From assembly GCA_964016885.1 (NCBI GenBank), contig OZ024745.1:15500001-15564000 (forward strand): a stretch of DNA of 64,000 nucleotides, in the 5' to 3' direction. The stretch comes from Eledone cirrhosa (lineage: Eukaryota). Below the pieces are notes generated by a model, which saw only the letters and a list, made by a program, of their open reading frames with translations, had not been told where the DNA came from and did not search any database. Each line of letters begins with the position of its first letter. Within the stretch, counting starts at the first letter, position 1. The position numbers were made by a program, and so were the translations under genes. Of this stretch, positions 53,416 through 64,000 are shown in pieces.

Positions 53416-54418
53416 GGCGTCAATTTTTTACCATGTGAGTCAGCAAACATTTTTTGGAGTAGTTTTTACCCCCAAAAGGGGTAAAAATACGATGACCACC
53501 CGTCTACAGACCTAGCCGGGTGATTAAAAGGCACGAAGACAACACAATAAAGAGACAAACACTTACTGTCAATGGGTAAAAATTCAAAAAGGCAGGAGCC
53601 GATGTTATACGCGTCTATACTATACGAGATAGATAGATAGATATGTCAAGTGAAAGAAAAGAGTATTCTCTCCTTGGTAAGGCATCAGCTTATGATTCAG
53701 AGTTTCCCCTCACCTAGTTCTCGCTCAATCAATTAGCTGAATGTAACTATATACCCACAACGTTCCAGCTAGGATGATTTCCATTGGTTAAAGTCTGAGA
53801 TATTATTGTTGACCAGATATCTGATCATCGTCAAGGAACCACTATTCTGCGTTGCTTATTAAATCTTGTTTCCTTAGATTTGAATTGTTAAGCAGTGGAT
53901 TCTCGGGCGTATGGAAGTTGTCTAATAGAAATTTGCTTTAATGACAACAAGCCGAAAATATTTCGAGCCTTTGGTTAAGAGATGTCACTGGCTGTTTTAA
54001 TATGCAATAATTCTCAATTGAACATTGCTTGCAGTCGAGAAAGGCATGATGTGTCTTTGTCGACAATATACAATATTGCTTTGAAACAAGTTGGGAAAAA
54101 TATAAAGAGTTTTCCCTGTCCTTTGACCTTAATAAATATCGAATCTTTTACATATCTATTTTGAATGTGTTCGCGATAAGACCCGATATATGCTCCCTAA
54201 ATTATTGCTTTAGAAACACAGTTCTGTGAGTAGGAAAGATGATTTTTGTAGTTACAAGTTGATTCCTCGAGTAGGACCAGTCCAGCGGGTGTTTTTCTGG
54301 TTTTGTAACATGGCAAGCACTGTTTACCAAACAGGAATATTTGACTTCAGTGGTAATGGTCTTGCAGTGTGTCAGTGGGAAATGTTGGTTCATACAGAAA
54401 TTTCCTGGCTATATTAGT

Positions 54419-54613
54419 AATAATTGTTTCTATTTTGGGCACAAGGCCAGCAATTATCCCAGTGCATTACTGGTACTTTATATTACCGACCCCGTAAGGA
54501 TGAAAGGCAAAATTAACCTCGGCGATATTTGAACTCAAACTGTAAAGAGCCGTAACTCTATACTGCAAAGCATATTGTCCGACTCACTACCGATACTGCC
54601 AATTCACCGCCCT
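54419..54613 (-). mobile_element. SINE A
   Basis: Reverse complement of the family consensus. Confidence 0.85.
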
Positions 54614-55579
54614 CATATTAGTAATAGTATGACGAAGAGTGGCTTAAATCACGTATTTTACTAGCTGGTTTGTCTAGAGCATGTGAAAGGTCGCTCCTGA
54701 AATTAACTTCAACAGGCACATTGATATAAGAATAACATTGTTAAAAGCGCATTGGTGGTGTGTTGATCCAACGATCGTAAGGTCATGAGTTCTATTCCTG
54801 GGCTGAACGGCACGTTGTACCTTGGGTAAAACATTTTATTTAACGTTGCTCCTGTTTACTCAGCTGAGTTTAACTTCTATCGGTCTGACTTTTCCTTGAC
54901 GAACATTAGTGGTGTGGAGGGGGGAGACTTGCACGTAGGGGTTACTGCATGCGCCACGAAGAGAAACTTTCTAGATGTAAACCCATTGTTAGTCATGACC
55001 GAAAACAACTTTGAATATATGTCACTCATCTCTGAACCTTTAACTCATAATGGAACCGTACGGGCGCCGCTACGAGATACGGCGTTTTTTGTGCATTTCT
55101 TTAACTGGCAAAGCCCATCTCTCCCCATGTTTGTGAATGTATATATATATATAAGTATATATATATATACATTCGCAAACATGGTGAAACTTTATAGTTT
55201 TTAGGGAAACTTTATATCTTTATTTTATTTTTTTATTTTATTTTATTAGTCTCTTAATCTCTTCTAGTTTGTTAAATTTATTGGGGCTTGTAAGCTTTAT
55301 GTACTTATTGAGGGATTTTTTAGGGTGCTTCTACGAGATCCCAAGTCTTTTACTTTTAATACGTAAATTATAAATTATCTAATTTTTAACCTTCAATCCC
55401 TGACTCTCAGGACATTTTCAAATTCTCTTAACTCCCCATAACCCATCCCTTTTACAATTCCGACAACTAATATAGACCCCAAATATACAAGCGGAGCTGC
55501 TGATGTATACCACAATTTCAAACTGCTAGTCTTAAGTGATACGTTGATGTAAATAATGAACTTACAATCACATGTTATA

Positions 55580-55626
55580 TGCCTTGAAAAGTCCCACCAT
55601 ATGGTCGGACGAAACGGCTGTCGGCA
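55580..55626 (+). ncRNA. Compact HHR, U3:A8 variant
   Basis: tgcc TTGAAAA gtcc..ggac GAAA cggctg TC ggca. Confidence 0.7.
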
Positions 55627-55784
55627 ATAAACTTGTTATAATGTCATAATAGTTCCTTTGTTCTTTTTCATTAATATTTCTGCTCTGCTTACACGCATAG
55701 AGCTTAACTAGCTACCGTCACATATTTGGTAGGTCAGACGTGATCATCGCGATTCACATACGACCTACCATACATCTTGCTTAA

Positions 55785-55875
<91 letters not shown>

Positions 55876-55957
55876 TATAAATGAAAGGTATAGAAATTGT
55901 TTTAGCGAGAAGCTAACAATATTCTACAATATTGAACCTGGGATAAACACACACACA

Positions 55958-56003
<46 letters not shown>

Positions 56004-56068
56004 TGTGTGTGTGTTTATCCCAGGTTCAATCGGGGGTAACCACAGCAAGTAAAGTACTCAAAGTCAAG

Positions 56069-56119
56069 GGCTTCCTGATGATTTATCCCGAATGAAACAC
56101 TTCTAGTGCTGTAGAAGCC
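56069..56119 (+). ncRNA. Compact type-I HHR related to 32133-32183
   Basis: ggcttc CTGATGA tttatcccgaat GAAA ca..tg TA gaagcc. Confidence 0.7.
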
Positions 56120-56141
56120 ATTTCTATATTATATATATATA

Positions 56142-56324
56142 TATTAAAATAACAGATTAAAGTATAAGCAAAGAATCCCGTTAAGGGTGAAAGCAGCGAT
56201 TCTTTGCTTAAACTTTAATCTGTTATTTTAATAAATATTTGCTCTAGGGTTCTTATATATTTGATATATATGTATACTTATCAAGCCCTCTTTGGATTTT
56301 AGTCTTCAAATTTATTATTATTAC

Positions 56325-56330
<6 letters not shown>
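56142..56330 (+). mobile_element. pLTR 3' end (30155 family) with fold-back 5' end; another fragment at 56947-57011
   Basis: Reverse-complement match to 30155-30303; palindrome 56142-56232. Confidence 0.8.
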
Positions 56331-56358
<28 letters not shown>

Positions 56359-56562
56359 CGTGTGCGTGTATATATATATGTTTGTGTGTTTGTGTGTGTG
56401 TGTCACTCACGCACTGGTTATTTATGTTGTTTCTATTTAAAATTCCCATTTCTTTATCTTCTCTCCCATATATTACATTACAGCTCTCCTATCTCTATAA
56501 ATCTAGCGATTTATCCATCTATTTTATCTACATATATATATGTGTGTGTGTGTATGTGTGTG

Positions 56563-56637
<75 letters not shown>

Positions 56638-56641
<4 letters not shown>

Positions 56642-56901
56642 CTAGTTGTAAGGGTGTTGGACTTACGATCATAATGTCATGGGTTTGATTCCTGGGTTGT
56701 GTGTTGTGTTCTTGAGCAAAACACTTCATCTCACGTTGCTTCTGTACACTCAGCTGAAAATAAGTACCAGCAATAGCTGAGGGTTTACCCCTGCAACTGG
56801 CGTCCTATCCAGGGGGAAGTCTTGTACTCACAGTCGCTTCACGCCATGAAACCGGGATAATCACCGGCCAAATGAGCCCCTTCTGGCTTGAGACAAACTT
56901 T

Positions 56902-56905
<4 letters not shown>
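56638..56905 (+). mobile_element. tRNA-derived SINE family B, near full length
   Basis: GTGGCCTAGTTG A-box, GGTTTGATTCC B-box, central CCCTGCAACTGGCGTCCTATCCAGGGG..GAAACCGG. Confidence 0.75.
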
Positions 56906-56953
<48 letters not shown>

Positions 56954-57372
56954 TAACGGATTAAAATGTAGGCAAAGAATCTCTGCTTTCACCCTTAACG
57001 GGATCTTCTGATATATATTTATCTACCTATCTATATATCGATCTATGTATCTCTCATCTATCTATCTATCTACATAGTTAACTATTCATTTCTCATAGCT
57101 CCCACACTATACCATTGCTAGTCCTAACTTCCACCCTCCCATCTAATGAAGTGACTGGGTGCATGAGATCAAACATTTATCGCTTATCTCTGTTTTGCAT
57201 TCATACAAAACTAAACTCTAATGAATCCTGAATTATTGACTAGGCCAAAAGAACTTCATTCAAAGGTTCAGAATCTCTCCAGAGAAGGTCAAATTCTGAG
57301 ATGGAAAACAATGAAATATTTCCTGTAACTGAAATGTATGAATAAATAAATAAATAGACACCCATACACACC

Positions 57373-57456
<84 letters not shown>

Positions 57457-57520
57457 TTTGTATACGTACATACATATATGTATACAGACGTACAGTAGTA
57501 TGTATATACATACATACATG

Positions 57521-57611
<91 letters not shown>

Positions 57612-57819
57612 GTATTGGTTTACCGAACATTTATTATAATGCTCGGTTTGTTTGTAAACAAACAGCCCAAATTATTAGCCGTACAGTGTTCAGCAACCAT
57701 CGTTGCCCTTTTGTTCAACACTGACAAAGGAACGATGAACTAGTTTCTAGCTTATTAGCTGTCATCAGCACCGTATACCTTCCTGTCAGTCGATTTAAGA
57801 CGTGAAATAATATCGACAG

Positions 57820-59915
57820 TAAGCTCCAAGTAAGATTGTATGTTATGTTATTATCTTGGAGGTCCCAGATGTGGCCCGAAAGTGTAGTGGCATGTCGCCG
57901 GGCCGGGTTTTGGAACGTATGTCGGTGTTGGTAGAGCCGGGTCTTAAAGTCACAAGCGGTTAATCCTATATAGGCTTTATTGGAGGTTTCCGTCCTCACG
58001 TTGCATTGGTAGATCACGTTAAGTTCTCGGCATCTGTTGTAGAGGGGGCACGTAGATCTATCAGGGCAGTTACACCTCCTGGTCGGCTCGCCACTAATGT
58101 CTAGGTTGTTTCTTCCATAGGGGTTGAGTTTCTTGTTGTTTGGGGAGGCGATGTTTTGTACGAAGTTGGATGTGGTTCTGTAGGAGAGTTTGTTAGTGTT
58201 TTTGTTGATTATGTTGTGGTAGCGGTGTTGTGGTGGGAAGTGTTTTTCGAGGAGCCTAAAGAAGATTTTCCCGATAGGTGTTGCCACCTCGGCATTGTGG
58301 GGAGGGTTGAACCACGTTACATGGAGTGAGCGGTGGTGTCGCCTGCTGGTTCCGCTAAGGAAAGCTGGATAAAAGGAGATTTCCTCCCGAAAGCCGCTTC
58401 GCTTGAAGGCCTGATTGTAATGAGGCGCACGTTCATCGAATATCTGCTCATTAGCGGAGGGAGATGTTTTTAACCAGGTTATTGGTGATGTTTCTAGGAT
58501 GGTTAGAGCGGCGGTGGATTTAGTGCATGTTGTCGTTTGGTTTCCTGTATGGGTAGTACAGATCATTTTCGAGGTTGAGGGTAACGTCAAGGAAATTGAC
58601 TCGGGTTAGGGATCTTTGTAGGGTGATTTTAAATCCCCAGTCCCCGAAGAAGTTGATTAGTTGTTTACGGACCCGGTCTGTACTACTAGGGTTGTACCCT
58701 TTGAGGGTAAGGAGCCCATCGTCTCGGTACAATCCACCACCGAATACAGGAAACATTTCGGTGAGTTTATATAGTAGGAATAATCCTATAAGATCGGTTA
58801 CCACGGCCAAGTCGGTCACGCCATACTGACGTCGAAGGGGAAGTCGGGAGCTCTCTTTATCCACTTGGAGTTGTCGAAAAGGAGGACTGTCTTCCTGGCG
58901 TGGAGAATGATGTTTCTTTTCTGGTCGGTGATGGGTATGAGTGTTTTGGCAAAGTCCAAAGCGGCCGCAAGGAACGTAGTAACTCTCTATGTCGAACTAG
59001 GTGAATTTGGTATCCTTTTTTTGTCCTCAATATTCCTGAACCATGAGATGACTTCCTGAGTGCTGACCCAAAGACGTTTTGCTTAACTTTTGGTATAAAG
59101 TGGTCTAGGATCTTTTTACTAATTCTCCCTATGTCCGACTTCGTCGGGTTTATAAGCCTGATGGATGGTTTGCGGTCCAAGTCGGATTTGTGGTCCTTCA
59201 GGGTGAAGTAGGGAATCCGTAGGTCTAGGGTTCAGTGCGGTCGGTGACCCTGAGGCTGGAGGTAATGTGTTATCCATCTAGATTTATGTCATCGATTATT
59301 GAATGGTTAGCGTTTTTGTAGGTGGAGTTCAGGCTGCTCCTGATCAGTGTGTGGTATCTGTCAGGGTTGACGAAATAAAGGTTTCCAGTTTTATCCAAAT
59401 GCATCAGGATTCGTTGGTGCTTTCATACTCCGTTATTTTGCTACGGAGTTGTTGTAGGAATCGGTTGTGTCTGAGTTTGAATTTTATACCCTTGACCAGG
59501 TGGAAGAGGTCGTTCTCGGAGGGTGAGAGCATAGGGTCCGGTGGGGGAGGGAGATTTGTAGGTATTGAATCCGAATCTCTCCTTGGTGTCGAAGTCCTGG
59601 TTGTCGCGGTATCTGTCGTAGAAACATGTTCTCCATCTCAGTCTTTTCGCAAACAGGTCGATTTTTTGCGTGAGCATCCGAAGGTAAAGTTTTCTCGGTG
59701 GAACTGGGATGTACTTGGTAGAGAAGTCGATAGTGTGTTTTCGCATGGTGCGGGTAATGAAACTTGAGCTGGGTGGAAAAGTCAGGATATGGCGTGGTAG
59801 GGTCGGAAAGTGCTCTACTACGGAAGTATGAGCTAGATAACGAAAGAGGTGTGGTAAGTATTGAGTACTCTAGTGCGTTATGGTCCATCTGGATCCTTAC
59901 CACACCTCCTTCGTT
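57820..59915 (-). mobile_element. Near full-length, frameshifted Naiad-like PLE (RT plus GIY-YIG), 3'-truncated
   Basis: ATG at 59746 (MRKHTIDFSTKYIP..KRLRWR), IRLINPTKSDIG, GLYRDDGL, FLDVTL, WFNPP, CNC..CPL..C, VIYQC..AYIGLT. Confidence 0.9.
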
Positions 59916-59953
59916 ATATATATATATATATATATATATAACGAAGGAAGTGT

Positions 59954-60039
<86 letters not shown>

Positions 60040-60224
60040 TATATATATATAAGTAAGTAATCTGTATATATATAAAATTAAGTATGTGTGTGTGTGTCTG
60101 TGTGTGTGAGTGTGTCTGTGTGTCTGTGTATTACCTATAGGGGCCTACATCTTACGACCGATTTTCATGAAACTTTATAGGCTCATAGATTAGTCATTGA
60201 GGAGTGTTTTCTATATATCAACGT

Positions 60225-60350
60225 CTCAGTTCTACTTTTGAAAAGTATAAGAAGAGTGAAACTGGTAAAGGAAACAAATAAATATTCTTAAAAAGACTCC
60301 AGTTGCATTTTCGATTTCATCTTTTTTCATTTAAAAAAAAACCCTCATTT

Positions 60351-60352
<2 letters not shown>
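60225..60352 (+). mobile_element. Neptune-like pLTR fragment with a degenerate U3:A8 HHR (60235-60270)
   Basis: Homologous to 34964-35090. Confidence 0.7.
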
Positions 60353-60410
<58 letters not shown>

Positions 60411-60412
<2 letters not shown>

Positions 60413-60548
60413 CGAATGAGATGTGGTAAGGAACCAGATGGACCATAACGCACCAGAGTACTCAATACTTAGGGTAGTAGAGTGGGTATTAGGAAAAAGT
60501 ATGACCCGACGGCAGAGCTCTGCCGTCGGGGTCATACTTTTTCCTATA
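60411..60548 (-). mobile_element. Naiad-like pLTR end with a palindrome centred on the HHR helix-III loop GAGCTC
   Basis: GACCCGACGGCAGAGCTCTGCCGTCGGGGTC; flanked by (TA)n. Confidence 0.8.
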
Positions 60549-60562
60549 TATATATATATATA

Positions 60563-61257
60563 TTGCTCTAAGAAGTGGTAAAGTGATGGAGGAGTAGTAG
60601 TTATTGATGTCGAATTGGATAAAACGGCAATATATGCCATTGAACCAATCAATCACCGCGAAAGAATTGTTCCACAGTGCAAGAGGGGCCAAGCTTCTAA
60701 TTTCAGGTATAATTCTATCTAAAATCCTTTTACTAAGTCTACCTAAATAGGACTTCGTAGGGTTAATAAGCCGAATAGAGGGGTTGTTGGCGAAATTGGG
60801 TTTGTGATCCTTCAGGGTAAAGTGGGGAGAAACAGGGTCCAGAGGTTCGGTCCAGTCCTGGATGTTGAGTTCAGAGGTGATTTTAAACCCAGCATCGTTC
60901 ATGTCATTAATCACACTCCGATTAGTTTTCCGGTAATCCTTAGTTACAGCATTATGTAGTAGTTGATGATAAGTACTGCGCTCCACTTGATATAGGTTGC
61001 CAGTTTTGTCGGGATGGATGTGCATGTCATTAGAATCCTTAATAGAACGAATTCTATTCATCAGACCCTGCTGGAAGGAATTGCTCCTATTCCAAAATGT
61101 GATACTCCGTATGAGTTCCAGGACATCATTTTCGAAGGGTAGCAATGGTGGGTTACTCTGAGGGTTATTATAAGTTTTAAACCCAAATTATCCTGTTTAT
61201 TGTCCGCTTTTTCCTGATTATCGAAATAAAAGACACGCCAACGCAACCTTTTAAGGA
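60563..61257 (-). pseudogene. Second Naiad-like PLE RT N-terminal fragment
   Basis: KRLRWR, DKTGNLY, TLKDHK..IRLINPTKS, FIQFDINNYYSSI. Confidence 0.85.
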
Positions 61258-61310
<53 letters not shown>

Positions 61311-61364
61311 TGCAAAGTTGTAATATTTCTTTGTCTTTGAAATGTTACTGTAGTTAGGAACGTG

Positions 61365-61511
<147 letters not shown>

Positions 61512-61989
61512 ATTTTTTACGAATCAACTACAGCGACAGTAAATGGGTTAATGGCTTCGTTTCAACTTCGAAACCGCTCTTGATATATCATTCTAAACAA
61601 TATTGGCCTGTTGGGGGCAGTTAAAAGATGTTTTATGTTCTGTCTTAGAGTTCAGTGATGTTTATCATACAGAGACAATATTTTTCTTGGTGGAAAAAAT
61701 ATATTTGACAGGCACGGTTGAGAGGTGAATCTTAATAAAATAAGAAAAAAAGAAAAACAAAACAAGTTTAAGACTTTCATCTCGAAATAGGGCAGATATA
61801 AACATTGATATTGGCATTGCAGAGGTGTATTTATGTTTAAACACATACATATATATGTAGATCCTTGTATGTAGATACATATATTAAAACATATACATAT
61901 ATGTGTATATACACTTAGAAGCTGTTATGTACACATACATCTAAACACATGCATACATATGTATGTGTATAGACACTTTGAAATAGTAA

Positions 61990-62157
<168 letters not shown>

Positions 62158-62267
62158 ACTTATACAAAGTCACAAACTTATTCTATATGTATAAACTTCT
62201 CTGAACGAAATATATGAAATGTTCTCTATATTGGTGACAAATAACCTTCTGTATGATATATATATAT

Positions 62268-62412
62268 TTTAGTCCAGAATTAGCCGTCGAAACGGCTTGA
62301 GCTCAGCCGTCGGGGTTTTACTCGTTCCTATTACCCACTCTACTGCCCTAAGTATTGAGTACTTTGGTGCGTTATGGTCCACCTGGTTCCTTACCACATT
62401 TCCTTCGTTATA
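62268..62412 (+). mobile_element. Naiad-like pLTR 3' end (3' half of the HHR); a minus-strand fragment lies at 63168-63330
   Basis: Match to the reverse complement of 17578-17718. Confidence 0.8.
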
Positions 62413-62687
62413 TATGTGTGTGTGTGTGTGTGTGTGCGTGTGTGCGTGTGTGTGTGTGTATTATTCAAGTAAAGAAAAGTTGGTTGATCAAATAATCTAC
62501 GGACTTTAGTCGGAAACAGAGGTAAAGCACTCTACAACCTGTGTTCCTAGGTATCAAACGGAGTGTCAATATTATAAAGAAGAGAGATGGTTTTAAATGT
62601 ACATCTTATATTTATTGTATAATCCTGTTATAGGTGCAAAGTTGTAATATTTCTTTGTTTTTGAAATGCTACTGTAGTTAGGAACGT

Positions 62688-62746
<59 letters not shown>

Positions 62747-62748
62747 CA

Positions 62749-62802
<54 letters not shown>

Positions 62803-62805
62803 CGT

Positions 62806-62855
<50 letters not shown>

Positions 62856-63091
62856 ATAATTGAATATACAAGAGAGATAAACACAAATATAAACGTACAT
62901 GTGTTCGAATTGTTTTCAGGCAGTTGCCCAACATAGGTTTGTTATTCTTTTTCTTGATTTACTACTTTAAATTAAGTCTGGCAAACCATATTGTTAGAGT
63001 TAGTATTTTTTTACCCTAGCAAACCTGGTCCTTAACAATTCGAACACATGTATGTTTATATTTGTGTTTATCTCTCTTGTATATTCAATTA
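62856..63091. repeat. Inverted repeat, ~58-bp arms
   Basis: ATAATTGAATATACAAGAGAGATAAACAC..TTCGAATTGTT / AACAATTCGAA..TATTCAATTAT. Confidence 0.85.
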
Positions 63092-63585
63092 TATTACACG
63101 ACTCAGAAAAACTTTTTTCTTAGAGCTATTTTATTGTAAGAGACTATTTTGAGTTTCTAACTCAATATATTTCTGGACTAAATTATAATTTTTAGCCGAA
63201 CTTTTCAAGGGGTAATTCCTTATATGGGAAGATTGTAGTTGTCAAAAGGATTGGTCAAAATTTCATGGCGATAGGTGGGAGGCTGAACTTGCCTGTAGAA
63301 CAATGAGGGAGTGGTGGGGCCGGTCAAGCATTGAAAGTGAATTCTATACAGCAAATTCTAAGTGCGTTATGGTCCATCTGGTTCCTTACCACACTTTCTT
63401 CGTTTTATATATATATATATATATATATATTGTTATACTTTGGGAGGGTCATGTTGCCAATAAGAAACACACGCACCAGTTGCTTTCACTTCAATTTAAT
63501 TTAATATATATTTATAAATTTACAAATTTATAAATTTCTGGTTGGTTGGTTGGTTCCACAACCAGATAGTTGTTTATATATATAT

Positions 63586-63630
63586 AGTCATAGTTCTTTC
63601 GTCACACACTCTGTGACCTCTTCAGTGACT
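63586..63630 (-). ncRNA. Compact type-I HHR
   Basis: Reverse complement agtca CTGAAGA g gtcac agagtgt gtgac GAAA gaac TA tgact. Confidence 0.7.
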
Positions 63631-64000
63631 GGGGATTTCTTTCTTCGTTTCTGTGCCTTTCCTTTCTTCTATCCTACGCCATTTTGTTTGTGTGTGGGTT
63701 GCGTGCTCAGTTTGCGCATGTGCCACATCCGGGTGTCTGTGTGTGTTTGTGTTCATTTTTTTATTTTTATATTTTTATTTGTTTGTTTATTTATTTATTT
63801 ATTGTTGGTTGGTTGTTTGTTCTATGTGTGTGTGTGTTTTCATTTTGTCTTGTGTGTGTTTTCATTTTGTGTGTGTTTTCAATTGTAAGTTGTTTATATG
63901 TGTGTGTGTGTGTTTTCATTTTGTCCTTAATTGTAAGTTGTGATGTTGCTGTTCCACTCATATTTTCTATTTAATTTTGGTTTTAATTCTTTTATGCTTA

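Larger units (their letters stand above)
48534..53625 (-). mobile_element. Second, diverged L1/Tx1-clade LINE (element B), disrupted
   Basis: Collinear with element A; (GATA)n at both ends. Confidence 0.92.

Noticed and set aside
42581-53625. Bacterial retron, group II intron or horizontally acquired island (higher GC)
   Set aside because: APE + RT + CCHC ORF1 architecture identifies eukaryotic non-LTR retrotransposons.

Overview
Eukaryotic, AT-rich, repeat-dense non-genic or intronic DNA. It is most likely from an octopus; this is inferred from a dispersed SINE with the core GTTAACTTTGCCTTTCATCCTTACGGGGTCGATAAAATAAAGTACCAG, which I recognise from Octopus genomes, and from heavy (TA)n/(CA)n/(GA)n/(GATA)n content. 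I found no intact host gene, and most listed ORFs are microsatellite artefacts. Main contents: two disrupted L1/Tx1-type LINEs in head-to-tail tandem, each bounded by (GATA)n (42.6-53.6 kb); four Penelope-like element (PLE) remnants (three Naiad-like, one Neptune-like); RTE 3' ends; SINEs; MITEs; a Helitron-like element; and three minisatellites. The main hidden signal is about 27 type-I hammerhead-ribozyme (HHR)-like motifs from roughly 14 sequence families, found by eye. They mostly lie in fold-back repeats next to (TA)n and include U3:A8 and U4A core variants. One family forms a 2.1-kb palindrome with 1043-bp arms and can be linked to a Naiad-like ORF. All folds and alignments are manual and unverified by software.
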